From the NCBI GenBank assembly GCA_965649765.1, contig OZ287752.1, positions 21,328,001 through 21,392,000 of the forward strand: a stretch of 64,000 nt of DNA, read 5' to 3'. Under the pieces are notes generated by a model that saw nothing but the letters and a program-made list of their open reading frames with translations, made no database searches and was not told the DNA's origin. Below are positions 36,088 to 49,789 of the stretch, one piece after another. Positions within the stretch are counted from its first letter, which is position 1, and each line of letters opens with the position of its first letter. Both the position numbers and the translations under genes were made by a program. This DNA comes from Bispira polyomma (taxonomy: Eukaryota).

Positions 36088-36987
36088 ATGAATTTGACTA
36101 TTTCTCGTGTATATTCTATAATTATGGTTTGGATAGAATTATTGTTACTTATATTTGTTATTTGATTATGTGCAGTAAAGTGACTTATTGATACAATAAA
36201 TTGCCTCTGCACATAACTCATTCTTGAGATCCTATTTGTTAAAACTGGTATTCAAAACGCTAAAAGCTTTCGTGAAAAAGAGAAGCTTGACCATGACCAC
36301 CTGCAAAGAATCTTTAGCCTCCAACTGGATGGATAGGACCCAGCGGCAGCGGGCCACTATATGAAGTGTTTATGATTTGTCTAAGGATAGGATATGTCCT
36401 ATCAATGGAACTAGGGACCTTCAAATCAACTGACCAAATCCTTAGCCACTGGACCACCGGAGACCATGACGTTGACCTTGTAAGAACTTCAGATAATACA
36501 TGTTCTGCTTTACCATGTGTAAAAACAATGAAGACTGAATCATTGTGTCATTATGGGCCCCTATAGATTAGGCAAAATGACACAATGATTGTCTTCATTT
36601 TTTTTCCTGCAATATCACAACATTTATTATCTGAACTTGGTATTATTGCTGACATTCAGATAAAGGGACCTTGTATCCTGTGAATCACAGATTTCAACCA
36701 AAAATTGGAGGGACGACATTAATGTAACAATAATAATGTGTAATAAATTATAAAGTTCAATCTTACTTCCAAAAGTACCAAAAATTTTAAGTTTTATTCA
36801 AAAAGGTAAAATTGATCTAAAAATGTTTAAGTTTTATTCGAAAAGGTCAATTTTCTAGTTATTAATTTATTTTAAATAACTAAGTCAGTAAGTAACAACA
36901 AATAAATTTATTTGACAAAACAACAACATCCATGCTAAAATTGCAATAGTCCACCAGAAAAATCAACCACAACAGTTCACTAAAAAT

Positions 36988-37930
36988 TTAAAAAGCAACA
37001 ATGTAATATAACATCCTCCCCCCACACATACAATGTAATATAACAGCCCTCCACCCTCCCATGAAAGTCCAACTACTGCTGTGCGTGGCCGCCGTATTGT
37101 TGCCCTGTATAATGTAAGTTGTAACAGCATCTCCAGTGGGGGTCTCGCTCCATTGGTTGGTCTGGGGTGTGCTTTGGTCTTGCATGTTATTAAGCATAGT
37201 CAAAGTGAAGGAGGTCGACGCTGAAGCATGGCCAGGTGGAGCAGAGGAAAGCCGCACAACCGACTGAGAGAAAACTGGCTGTAGTTCTGGGTGTGGTGTT
37301 GTTGGTTGGGTTGACATCTTGTGGCGCATCATGGCCTGGAATGTCTCCTGCATAAAAACAGTCCACTGCTCGTCGGTTAGACTAAAATACAAGCAGTAAC
37401 AATTGCCATTAAATCTTCATGCAATATACCAGTGAGCCCCATACTCTGTCCCTGTTTGGCCAGCACCCGGGTCTTCCTGGCCCTTGTTTTGAAGTCACTG
37501 AGAGACTGGTCGTAGAACATGGGTTCTGTTGAGAAGAAGGCCACCAACTCCTCCTCCTGCTGGCCAGTCAGTTGGTCCATACACTTCATCCTCTTGGTGG
37601 GGCACCATCATAGTACTTCCTCTTTCTCCTTATCCAGGGGTAAAGTACCCTGGTCAGGGTCCAAAGTCAGGGTTCCGGTGCAGTGCCTTTAGCTGTGATA
37701 GTGCCTGCAGTAGTGACAGTGCCCTCAGTTGTGACAGTGGCTTCTGGTGCAGGGCTGACAGTGCCCTTAGGTGTAACATTGGCTTCTGAAACAAATTTCA
37801 CAGTCCCAGCCAAAGAGCCCAACTCAGTTTCATCAGGAAACAGGGGATCCTGGGTGACAAGAATATCATTAGTGTCTGCATTATTCTTTCCTTTCCCCTT
37901 ACCCTTCTTCAAAACAATTTTCAGAGCCAT
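36988..37930 (-). pseudogene. Harbinger 2 MADF-like accessory gene
   Basis: LTGQQEEELVAFFSTEPMFYDQSLSDFK (MADF N-half), an intron at the same position as in Harbinger 1, and BESS-like LTDEQWTVFMQETF. Confidence 0.75.
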
Positions 37931-40900
37931 TAAACATTATGTACAAGTATTTAAAAACTATCGAGTAATAACATGTCCAGTAAAAACGTGTGGATACACA
38001 AAATACCTCAAAACACTGATTACTGAACACTGAAAAGAATTTATTGACACCCTTTAGGACCTTTTTGTTCTCTAGTTGGTAGTTTGTTTCCGATTGGTCG
38101 CCGTCCAAGATAGGAGGAGTTTAAAGAAATAGCACAGCGTTCTGCGGTAATTCTATTGGACGGCGATAAGGTGGTGAGACTACTCGGGGATTGAAGGCAG
38201 ACTGGTGGCAGACTGAATAGAAATCAGTGAATAGCGCGCGGGAACTTTTTATTGATGTTTGATATGTCGGCAACAGGTGGTGAGACTGCTCGGGGATTGT
38301 TTGTTCAACTGATAATTAAAGATTAGTCGCCGCCCTGCTGGGATTACTATGTTCATGTTCTAAGGAATCAGTCGGGGATCAACCGGAGATCAAACAAAGA
38401 CCTCCAGCAACCCTTTAAATCATAGAGAGGAATTACTTGTAATTCATGTAACCTCTCTACGACAACAACTATTATAAGATCATTAAGGATCTAACCGCAG
38501 TTTGACTGGCCCTTAAGGCAAGCATCAATAAATACCTTGTTCTCGTGCTTCCACATGATAGGGTACAAAAACATTACCACATTGTATGAGTGGAGGAAAT
38601 TCACGAACCATAATACGTCAGCTTTCATTTCTTCTGATATTTTCAATCATTTGGCCTGATTGTTGTTTCTGAACGCCATCAGTAACCTGTTGATGAAAAC
38701 ACGAGCCAGCTTGACACATTTGTGTATATAGAGTATTTTACTGAGTATTGATTGGAATTTCGTTCGTGAAATCTATAATTCGTTTACTACTTCTAAGAAA
38801 ATATTGTATGTTTCCTTTAATTTTTCCGGTGTAATACTAATTGTGCATTATTCTATGTCAATATCTATGCCAAGGCAGGTGATTTGTAAACTGGGTTTAG
38901 AATTTTTTTCGGATTAAGAAACTAAGATATGTTACTAGTTTGTATAATTTGTCAAAAGCTGTATCTCTTTCTTGATATGTCGAAACACTGACATAATCGC
39001 GATATAACAAAATACTTTATCTTTACTTTTGTTCATAGTATGTGCTATAACACCAGAGCTGGAACACAGCCAATCTGTATACCCAGCCGTTAAGATACTT
39101 CTTATCTTCAAACTAAATACCAAATTTCATTGTGTTGACTAGGTCAACCATTAGGTTGCAAAACGCCATGTCCAACCTGAATATCATGGGGTTATGTAAT
39201 TTCAAAATGTGTTCAAATATGTCGTCAATAGTTGAGAATTTGAATGCAAAATTCACCCCATAGAATTGATGTCTGTTTACATTATCGTGAAACGAGCCAT
39301 CACTAGGATGAGAAAGGTTTAATATAACACACCTTTTCGAATTGTCTTTGGGTCTGGTCAGCAATAAAGAGCAGTGAAATAAGTTACTATCTATTTCTTA
39401 ACTAATATTGCCCCACATTGTTTTTCTTTCTCAATTTATTGTTACAATGACTTATGCTGGAGAACAGAATGGTGGTAAATAGTTTCCTTAACATTTAGAA
39501 TCTGAGTATCTTCAGGTGAAAGCAGAAAGCCAATTTAATATATTGAATAAGCAATTCGTCTGGGTAGTATTTAAGAGTTTTGTCCCAATCCTTAATATTC
39601 AAGCCTGAAATTAGAGGGATCTTTGCCGTTTTGTTATCAGGATATCCCGTGTCCTTAATTATTTGTGCTATTTCAGTCATTTGAAGCACTAAGGTGACAT
39701 GTAATGGAGCCCTGTCTGGTCCAGTAAATTTATATTTGGTTTCTGAAACAGCCAAGAAATCTTTGATTTTGTTAGGAAAGCTGGGTCCCTTTCTACAGTG
39801 GTAGCACCTGTAGTGGCATGTGTGTGAATTTTGTCTCGTTCAGCTGAGAAATCGCAACCTTACCTTTATGGCAGGATTTAATTGCCTCGATCTTCATTGG
39901 TCTGTCATTACTGACTAGAAATCTTATTTTTACTGATATCTATTTAGGATTTATCAATAATGTTTGCAATATGCTCAGTATAATTTACATTATATTTTTT
40001 CTTTACAATCTACACCTTTCTGGTAAATATACTATGCATTATTTGCTACTTGTTTATCATCTATATTCAGTGGTTGAACCATATGCTTGTCCGGGATGTC
40101 CCCAACCGAATTAGTGAGTATAAGCCATGCAGAAAATCTGCTAGTTACGAACATCTCCCCTGCTGGTGGGTAGTCGCATTTGTAGTATTGGTCTTTTTGA
40201 CCAATTTCCCCATCCCCAAATATATAAAACCCTAATATCTCTGATTGTTCACATTGGATGAATACAACTGATCAACTATGATTCTTTCCAGGCAAATAGT
40301 ACAACCAGTTAGTGACAGAAATAAACACCCTAGACCCTTGTGGGTTTCCATACAAAACATTGCTTTTAAAAAAATTGTTCATTAATATTTGAATTCTGCA
40401 TGGTAAATGTTTTTGTAGACAGTAGCACAGTGCCAACATACATGCTTATATTGCCTGTGATCTGATTTATGAGAACATTTTCCTAAATTATCAAGCTTAC
40501 AGACGACTTTCGCCGTCGCCCCATTGTGACTGGAATTCCTGCCTTTGAGATTAATTATTGCTAGCTGCGACGCACTGAAGCGGTTTAGCGCCCACTGAGT
40601 GATGTCACCACATGATAATCTTCCTTCCTCAACTTCCGTCGTGTTAAGGGCCCAGGCCATGTGATCAACTTCCCCGGGCAATGAGAATGTTTCCGGAAGT
40701 GATAACACCACTTGCTGTATGATTTCTTTCGATACCGCAGAGTCTGTTACCTGTAGCGCGTTCGCCAATTGGCCTGATGCCCCCTGGCGTGATGAAAGAT
40801 CATTGAAAGGAGGACGTTTGTGTGCTGATCCGCGTCCCTCATTCACTCATCTAAACTTCAGATTACTAGGAATGTCCGTGGTATTAAATCGTCCTGACTT

Positions 40901-42529
40901 CTGATGAAGGACCGCCTCACCGTAGGTAAATCCAGCTTGGGTTTGCAGGTTATACTCTGCTAGTCTTTCATTCACCATTACCTGGACGTCTGGCAGGGTT
41001 ATGGTCTAATCCTGTTATCAGCATAGTTGTTCCTGGTGAGAGACCTGTGTGTTGGCTGAGGTGGCAGACTCATGGTACTGCTCACGGACGCGGCCAGTAG
41101 TGTAGCCATTAATGGGTTAAGACACAGGGATGCTCTATGTATACTTGAATCTCTAGCTTCAACTCGGTCCAGTATGTGGGTGAGTAACGCGTTGGATTCT
41201 TCTAAGCGTCTGAGTATGGTTAACATCTCAGTCCCGGTTAGTTGAAACGGCAGGGTTCGTCGGGAGGTCAGTGAAATTAGACAGGGAGGATTGCTGCAAA
41301 GTGTCCTGGTTGAACGGACATCTAAGGTCTGTTACAATGCTGTCATTTATATAAATATGCTTACCACCCCTTTTTCGGTGATTTTCTTGGTAGATTTTTG
41401 TGGCTTCCCGTCTGTTGCCGGAGTTTTCTTTGAATGCCTGAGTTTCTTTTCCGATGTCTTTCCCATCCTTTTATATATAATGAACATGTAAAAATGAGTA
41501 GTATTTTAAAAACAAACTAAAAAATAAAATACTAAAAACTGAAGGAATTAATAGAGCCTTCATCAACTTGGCTTTATAAAAATGTCCGAGGCTGTCTGGT
41601 CATCGATTATAGTGTTATATAAGTAAAACCATTAACATTTAACCTTTTCGCTATCCCATATGTATATTATGTTATATATAGCACTATCTGGGATCTTTGA
41701 CTTAAAGGGCTGTCGCAATATCCAGATAATAGCTCCAGACTGTCCTAATTGTACAATCGAGAGCCAATCGGGACACTCGGGAAGTTGCCCCAACTGATCG
41801 GGGTCAATCAGGACACTCGCGGTCACTCGTGCAAAATAACTAACATGTTAGAAAACCTTTGCGATTGGATGATATCTGCGATTGGATGATATCGGAGTCG
41901 ATTGTGGTGAATCGTAAGCTGCTAACGAGTTATCTTAACCTTATAATGACCTATTTTTTGGATCTCCATCTAAATCGGGAGAAAATTTGACATTTTGAAA
42001 AAGATTAATCGTCCATCCCTGCCGATTGGTCGAGAGCACACTTCTGATTGGTCTGGAGCACCCTCCTAATTGGTTGGGAGCACCCTCCCGATTGGTCAGG
42101 AGCATTACGAGTTATCATTTACTTGTTCCGAGTTATACTGTCAAATGTTAAGGATAGGTCATTAGTAATGTTCCAAGTGTAAAGATTACTTGGGAATGTC
42201 ATAAGGATAAGTCGTTACTAAGTTTCCGATTGTAAAGATAACTTGGGAGAAGCGGCCGATAAGTTGTTAGGAAGCCTCGACTGTGAAGATAACTCAGGCA
42301 GATTAGTGATAGGTCGGAAGGAACAAAAGATAACTCGGGAGTGAAAGCGTTGACTCGGGAACAAATTGTGGGCGGAAGCAAACTGTATAAAAGGAAGACG
42401 GCACACTCGTTTTTCATCAGAATCATCCCAGCTTTCACAGAGTCAAGATCTACTTGCAATTTTTGTGATATATAATTATAACAGGATTTTATTTTTCTTA
42501 TAAATAAAAATTGCAATAATGCCAGGAAA

Positions 42530-45030
42530 AATGAGAGTTACAAAGTAAAGGAGGGTATAGCCAAAACAGGAAGAGGAGAGGGAGATTGAAGGGAGGGATA
42601 CAGATGATGAGGAGATTATACCAGAAGGCAGTCATGTGAGGTCCCACAATTTTTTCAACAGTTGCACCGGCCTACGCTGGATGTAGCGGAAACGGAGTAC
42701 GATCAGGAGACCCAGGATACTCAGGATACCCAGCATAATAAGGATACCCCGTAGAGTGAGGTGGCAGCCTTCAATTGGAAACAGAAGAAGGGCAAGATGA
42801 AGACTGTGTTGTTAACTGATGAATAGGAGGAGGCTTAGAGGAAGGTCGTGCTGTGGGAGTTATACTGCTCAACCAAGGGATTGGGTTACATAGAAGTGAT
42901 GAAGTGGTTCCAGTCCCACAGGACTATCTTTGGTAAGCTGAGTGTAGCCAAGTCTGGGCAAGCTGCCCAAGAATTGACAGCCCGACAGCAGTGGGTGAAG
43001 ACCAACTTCGCGTTCCTTAAACCACATATCAAACGCCAGCTCAACAAGTCTACAGGATTCAAGCCTATTGTGTCAGCCTCTCAGGGGGCCCCCTGTGATT
43101 CTCCTCTGTTATCCCACTCCTACACAGACCAGGGCGAGATGGAGCCGTCTAACTTGGCTTCACCAAAGTCATCCATAGACTTTAATATAATAATAATAAT
43201 AATAATATATCAGACTTTTTTAGCGCTTATTTTCGTTGTAACGAATTCTAAGGCGCAGAAAAACCACAGCCAGAGTCGAAAAACATAGGTGATAGACAGA
43301 AGGAAGTCGTCATCAATGCGTCCACCGAGAATGGGAAAGAGACTATGGAGGGAATGCATCATTGAACAGATAGGTCTTTAAACTGCGCCGGAAGGAATAC
43401 AGAGACGGAGCTGTCCTAATGTGTTGAGGCAAACTATTCCATAGGGTAGGGGCATCATTTGCAAAACTTTTATCAAAGTGAACCTTTGACCTGTGTACTT
43501 TGGACTTATATTTTGGAACAAGAAGGAATCTATTTTTGGGAGCGGCTCTCCTGGTGTTGACATTGCACTTGTAGTAACTCAAGTGTGGTTCAAAGTATTT
43601 AGGCAAACCTGAATCGAGAAACTTATATACTATTGTAGCAGTTTTAAAAACACACCGATACCTAACAGGGAGCCAGTGGAGTGACTTCAGAATCGGTGAA
43701 GTATTTGAAAGCTGAGCAGAACAACTGACCAGACGTGCCAATGAGTTCTGGATGCATTGCAATTTCTTTAGGTCCTTTTTGGTCAAGCTGCGATACAGTG
43801 AATTGCAATAGTCCAGTCTGCTACCAACCAGAGCATTTGCTGCAGTTATTGCAACCAATTTTGGAAGGTACCTCCTGATTCTCCTGAGGTCTCTGAGACC
43901 CATGAAGCATGACTTACACACTGATTGGATATGACTGGAAAATGAAAAATCACTGTCAAACAAAACTCCCAGGTTCCTCACTTTATCAGTTGGGGATAAC
44001 AGTGTTCCAAGAATGTTTGCAGGAAAATAATTTGACAGTTCAGCACGTAGGGTGCCCGACCCAAACAATATGAATTCAGTTTTAGCAGGATTCAGCTTGA
44101 GCTTATTTAGTGCCATCCAATTTTGAACATCTGCTAAGCATTTCTGAAGGACTTCCATGGCACCGATTGATGTGTTAGGAGTAAGGTGCACATAAACGAC
44201 TTTGGATCCTCTACCCCTATCCAGGAGAGACAGAGGATGCAGATCGGGATTCAGTTAGCAGATTCCATTGGGAAGATGGAACAGACTATTACAGGGATCC
44301 AGATAAAGGCAAAAAACACCAAAGATGATGGAGCTAGAGCAGTCTATATGTACTGGCTGAGCAAGAAGACGGACAAACTACGAGAACGTTCCTTCCTGCA
44401 GTTCAAAAAAGAGTCCTTCAACCTAATAACAACACTCCAGGAAAGGGCAGCAGGACCACCAGTTCCAACAGCAGCTTTTAAACCACAGCAACAGCCTTTC
44501 ACCCCCTACCAGATGGGACCTCCAGTTTACATTCCCTAGCAACCTTAGCAGGGACACTACATCTATCAACAACAACCACTACAACAGCAACAACCAAGAC
44601 AACAGCCTCCTCCACAGCAACAGCAACAACAACAGGCGTGATTACAACACAAACAACACAAGCATTACCATCCTTGGCCAGCACCAGTGGCCACCAACTG
44701 ATATCTGGAGGCAGCGCGACTAGTGGGACTAGTGGGACTAGCGGAGCGTACCACCATAACCCACTGTCACTAACCCCACTGTCAGTAAACCCCATGTCAA
44801 TAGACAGGGACATCCTGAATACCTCAGAGGCTTCCTCATTTGCCAGAGGATTTGATTTAAACACGCCAGACACCAGCTACCAGAACATTAGGACTCCTGC
44901 AGAAGAGATGTTGTTGACATACGGCTACCAACAGACGACACCACCACAACCACCACCGATTCAACATCATCAACCACCACCACCACCACTGACAACTACC
45001 CACTTCTCTCCTCCTCCGTCTGTCATGTAA
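42530..45030 (+). pseudogene. Harbinger 3 MADF-like accessory gene interrupted by an L2 insertion
   Basis: EVMKWFQSHRTIFGKL...SGQAAQELTARQQWVKTNFAFLKPHI is typical of Harbinger ORF2; BESS-like FLQFKKESFNLI and a Q/P-rich tail follow the LINE. Confidence 0.8.
43181..44190 (-). mobile_element. Young 5'-truncated L2/CR1 LINE with intact 282-aa ORF2 C-terminus
   Basis: WMALNKLKLNPAKTE, SRLDYCNSL, LHWLPV; (ATT)n tail; TSD-like CATAGAC (43174-43180) and CATAAAC (44191-44197). Confidence 0.92.
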
Positions 45031-45619
45031 ACACCAATCGGCCCTTTTGAGGGTCACCCAAATGTTACAAAAACATTATCTAAAGCTGCACTCAAAATAC
45101 ACTTGCCCACTCACACAAGAATGAAAATAATTTCTAAAATATAAAACATACAAAAGCCCTTCCAAATGAAATCCCCTTTATAATATAAATCCCTTCCAAA
45201 TGAAATCCCCTTTGTCATATGAAGCCCTTCCAAATAAACCCCCCTTTAAATTTGAAAACCCATTTAATTAGAATGTTTCCTTAAAAGAGTTCTATTTGAA
45301 GCGGTTTACAGAATTAGAGAACTGAGATATATTTTTTTATGCTGTCCAAATAAAAAAGGAATTAATTTGACAGACTTCTATACAGGGGGTTTCAACATTA
45401 TTTATTTACTTGGTTTTAAAATCAAAACGGTAGAGTTCTACTTAAAGGGGTTTAAAATTGGATTTTACAAGTTCTTACTAGGGTTTGGACAGTTATGAAT
45501 TTATTTCATAAAGTATGTAGTGGGGAGGGGGGTGATAATGTTTTGTTCTTTGTCTATGTAGGATGTATCTTTTGTGTGGGGCCAATGTGTATTTTGTCAT
45601 GAAGGGTTTGGGTTTGATT

Positions 45620-46875
45620 TAATTTTGCCCTTGTTCATGAAGTAGTCCATCAGGGCGTCTCTCTGTTCCTTGGCTACTCGACTGGGATTTCTAAAGTTGG
45701 CTGGGTTGTGTTGATTTCCAATCAGTGCAACCTGTTGGACGGGGGGTGGGGGTGTCATCTGCTGGGTTTGGGCGGTCTCCTCCCTGGTTGATAATTTTAC
45801 TTCTGAGCATGTTGTGGAGGACTACACAGGCTAGAGTTAAGGTGGCTACCACAGGTGGTTCCTGCTACATCGTCAAGAGTAAAAGTCTAAACATGGCCAC
45901 TAATATACCATAAGCATTCTCTACCACCCTTCTGCCCCGGGATATCCTGTAGTTAAACATATGTTGACTGGGGTCCAGGCCTCGTCTAGAGAATGGTTTC
46001 ATCATCTGGGTCTTTAAGGCAAATGCGTTGTCTCCCATGATGAAGTAGGGGGTGGGGGTGGGGGGGGTCTACCAGGGCTTATGGGTTCAGGTGGGGGGAA
46101 GTTGACTGATCCTCAATTTTTTCCTTCAATTCCGATTGGTTGAAAATCTGTGAATCAGACCAGGAGCCACTGGAACCCAAGTCCACCCACATGTAGCGGT
46201 ACTCAGCATCCACCAGGGCCAGCATAACGATGGAGTAGAATCCCTTGTTGTTGTAGAACTCACTCTCCCCCTTTCTTTGACATCTCATTGCGATGTGTTT
46301 GCCATCTATGGCCCCCAGGGCATTGGGGACTTGCTAGTTGTCTCTGTAAACAGCTGTGACCTATTTTAAGTCCTCTCGGGTGGTGAGGCAGCAGAAAAAT
46401 TCCTCTTGGAATTGGTTGATGATTGCCCAGCAAACCTCGGAAACAAACGTGGTCATGGTTGACCTCCCCACCCAGAATGCCTACTGAAGTGAGGTGAGAG
46501 TGCCCTGCGGTTTTGCTTCTGGCAATCCTGGGGCCACCCTTTTCTCAAGTTCTTGGAAAAATTCCGGGGTCAGTTCCTATATGACCGTGTATCTTGTGCC
46601 TCCATCCGTGGCAGAAGTGCCGAATAGTGACCGTGCTCCTACCTATACCTGAGTAATGAGTTCACCCAGAACATCTTTGGTGCTCTGGTTCCCTTTAGCC
46701 TGACATTATTATCCTGATTCTGTGCCGGTGTGAGATTTTGTCTTCTTCTTCTTCTTTGACCTTGATAATATCTAAGTACCAGTAATTGTATCCGCATAAA
46801 TGCTAACAAAGCTTGTAGAATTCGGGCAATATCTATAATCCTTTGGGGTATCATGTTGCTCAGTTGACTTATCAC
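45620..46875 (-). pseudogene. Harbinger 3 DDE transposase, degenerate
   Basis: [61 protein letters not shown] and ACVVLHN. Confidence 0.92.
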
Positions 46876-48059
46876 TAATAACCGTCTGAATTTTGTGTGG
46901 TCTGCCTCTTAATATATGGTTTTGGAGGTGAATCGCCAGGTTTTGTACGTCTCCCGTTTGCAAAATTGAAAGATCTATCTCTTTGAGGTAGCGAGTAATT
47001 GGGATCGAGGTACTGACCTATCGGGGACGACCTATCTTTATGATCGTAGCATGTTGTCCCAACTTATCTTGGTCAATTGGGAGGATTTTTTCGGTTTGTA
47101 AGCGCGAATTTCCCAATCAGTCCCGATCTATTAGGCCTTGCTCCTGACCTATTGTAACAACTGGGAATCATTACGATTATAATCGGCGGACGTAATATTT
47201 CCCGCCATTTTTCCTGAAATTGGGGCAAAATGCTAAAGATTGCTCCCGACCGCATTAACAGGGTCTCCTCCCGATAGGTCTTGATATTGTGACAGTGGCT
47301 TTAGGCACAAGCGTCAACAATGTGTTACAACTAAACACTCATATATTCATATACTTTGTAACTGTTTTTTTAATAAAATTTATGAAATATTCAAAGACAC
47401 TTCGATTGTGTACACCTAACATATAAATATCACCATTTTAAACATAAATTTCACATATAAAAATGTATTATCTCAATGACCTAAAATACCACAAATCGCA
47501 TACATACATGGTTTAAATATACATTATTGTAGTTTTTGATTGTCTTTTTTTAATAAAATGCATTTAATAATAACAAATATTTTGGCTGTTGAAGTGTTTC
47601 CTCTAATTATTGAAATATCACCATTTTGAGAGCAAATTTAATATATAAAATCTCACCTCAGTAGCTAAAATCTCCAAAATTTCATATGTATATTGTGTTA
47701 CAGAGAAATTTTTGCAGTTTTTGACTGTCTTTACTTGAATAAAATCCATGGAATATTAACGAATATTGAAATATTAGGTATACAATATAATATATAAATA
47801 ATAATAAAAGTAAAATATATAAGTAATAAAAAACGTGTAGATATACTAAGGTACTCGACTAAAAAAAGGTATATCTTCATAAAGAAAAGTCAGATCAGCA
47901 CAAAACAAAGTTCTGGTATTTTCATTAGGAAACCAAATTCTGGTATTTGCGCTCACAGAAGTACTACCAGTAGCAACTGTAGTTCTAACTGCTGATAGCA
48001 AAAATATACTACTTCTAGAAAGCCAAAGCAGGGTACATAACAGATATATCATATGGAGA

Positions 48060-48600
48060 GTAATTGTTTGATGAAATAACCACTTAATTTATAAGGTCGT
48101 TATTAGAAAAAATCCACCAAGGGAAGGGTGACTACAGAGAGGGTAGGCCAGTCTAAAAAATGTAGGTTTCAGATGGCTTCTGAAACCAGTGATTTTATCC
48201 TGTTATCTGACAGTGTGTGGGAGTTTGTTCCATTCAACAGTGATCGCAAAGTAACACCTACTGATTTTTCTGTTTGGTCTGGTTGAGAAAAGGGAGAGGC
48301 AGTTTCCCTTGGTAAGGCTACTGGATTTGATACGTGAGGACAAATAAGGAGGCTAGTTGAGTTTGATCACAAGAAGATTGTATTTAAAAAAATGCGCTGT
48401 TCGACAGGTAGCCAGTTGAGTTTGTTTAGGTATGATGAGACATGGCTGAATTGGTCAAGATTGTACACAATACAGCAGAGGACAATTTGGACTCTTTGGA
48501 GACTTGTTATATTGACCTTATTAATACTGTCCAGCCAGGGACCTGCTCACCATGGCGTTTTCCATCTGGACTGCAATTTCATGACTGAGATACCTGCATT
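48060..48600 (-). mobile_element. Old L2/CR1 3' fragment
   Basis: LQRVQ...HVSSYLNKLNWLPVEQRI and a degenerate WNKLP tail. Confidence 0.75.
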
Positions 48601-48699
48601 TTCCGCATCAATAACTATGATTCATCATCCCAATTTATGCTCAGTACAACCTATCCCTCCAAATTTAAAAAAACTTAATTTATTTGTGTTTCAGGAGCA

Positions 48700-49255
48700 A
48701 TATCCATACTTCTTATTTCAAACTCTGCAAAAAAAGCAGTTTGACTGAGACAGTTCACTTAAAATATCTCAGACATGCCATATTTTTGACACCCCTGTAC
48801 AGGGGTACATTTATTTGGTGTCCTGGGTATGCAGAAATGTTTCCCCAACTTCAGAACCAAATATAACCTTTCTAAGCATCCCTAATCCAAGATGAAAATT
48901 TTGGTTTACATGGTGTCAACCTAATAATAAAATGGTCCAGAACAGATTATCATGTCTTCTTCTCTTTGCCAGCAAAGCCATCTGCCCAGTAGCAGCCCTG
49001 TAATTACCCTATTCACCGTTACTTGCAGTATCATCCTTCCCTGTCAACTAATCAGAGATTCACATATCAGCACGGCCCTTTAGCGCACATGAATGGATCG
49101 TAGTGATTTTGGCTTCAACACATTCTATAGGTCAGGAGCTACACTAGCACAGAATATGTTTCATGGCCTCTGACGTGGCTTGACCAGCTAGTCTTATTTT
49201 CAGAATACCTGCCAATTGTTGACTGTTATTCCACCTTGAAAATCCCCTTGGAGTA
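48700..49255 (+). mobile_element. Degenerate YR (recombinase) fragment of the element 3/4 family
   Basis: IIKWSRT, CPVAAL and FGFNTFYRSGATLA remnants. Confidence 0.65.
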
Positions 49256-49789
49256 TCAATGTGTGTTTTTTCGTAGCATTACCAGATGGTGTGTATGATA
49301 AAAGCAACATTTTTGCAACCTTTTTGCAACAAAGGCATATTGCCCCTGGCATTGTGGAAACCGCCAAAAGCATTGGTGCGTCAAAAGCATATTGTGGCTG
49401 GCATTATGGAACCCCAAAATGCTATATAAGGTCTTTGGGAGCCTATTATCACAGGTATCTGCACTCTAACAACATATTAGGGCTGACACTCTTCTCTTAA
49501 AGATTAAAAATCTAAAGACAATGCTTTCCATCTATCTGAGGATTATAACGCCAATATTTGTTTAGCTGCAGTAGCAAAGTCACTGGATATGTTTCATTGA
49601 CACACATATATATATACCACCTACTGTAACCAAACATGTGATCTACTTTTGACCTGTAGACGGAAATTTAAAATCATAGAGGATATATAAAATACCCTTA
49701 TGTACAATTAACATATGTCGAAAGTTTTGTAATTTAATTTGATAATATAATAAACAAAACTGTAGTTTTTTTAGGTTTATTTCAAAAAT

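Larger units (their letters stand above)
34795..38513. mobile_element. PIF/Harbinger DNA transposon 2
   Basis: TIRs TGCCCCAGTCACCCTGCGGTTA and TAACCGCAGTTTGACTGGCCCT; TAA TSD at 34792-34794 and 38514-38516. Confidence 0.92.
41705..47300. mobile_element. PIF/Harbinger DNA transposon 3
   Basis: Imperfect TIRs AAGGGCTGTCGCAATATC and GATATTGTGACAGTGGCT; TTA TSD at 41702-41704 and 47301-47303; ATCGG/CCGAT-rich subterminal regions. Confidence 0.85.
33425..47308 (-). mobile_element. YR retrotransposon 3 (same family as element 4), degenerate, hosting Harbingers 2 and 3
   Basis: YR remnant 33620-34383; RNase H 34390-34794 rejoined to 38514 (VFIDACLTGLG); RT 38520-39755; gag 40382-41466; 3' end similar to repeat B of element 4; 5' GTGC terminus found just beyond Harbinger 3. 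Confidence 0.85.
10860..47345 (+). mobile_element. Degenerate L2/CR1 LINE (ORF2 RT plus 3' UTR) split into four pieces: ~10860-11880, 16256-16587, 33014-33425, ~47309-47345
   Basis: Motifs NYRxxxNLSF, HSTETVL and LLDLSAVFDTIDH. YADNTQ|IYGSF is rejoined across 11880/16256, and ...IHQHL|...SRLDYC is rejoined across the TAA TSD at 16587/33014. The last piece (3' tail) is less certain. Confidence 0.8.
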
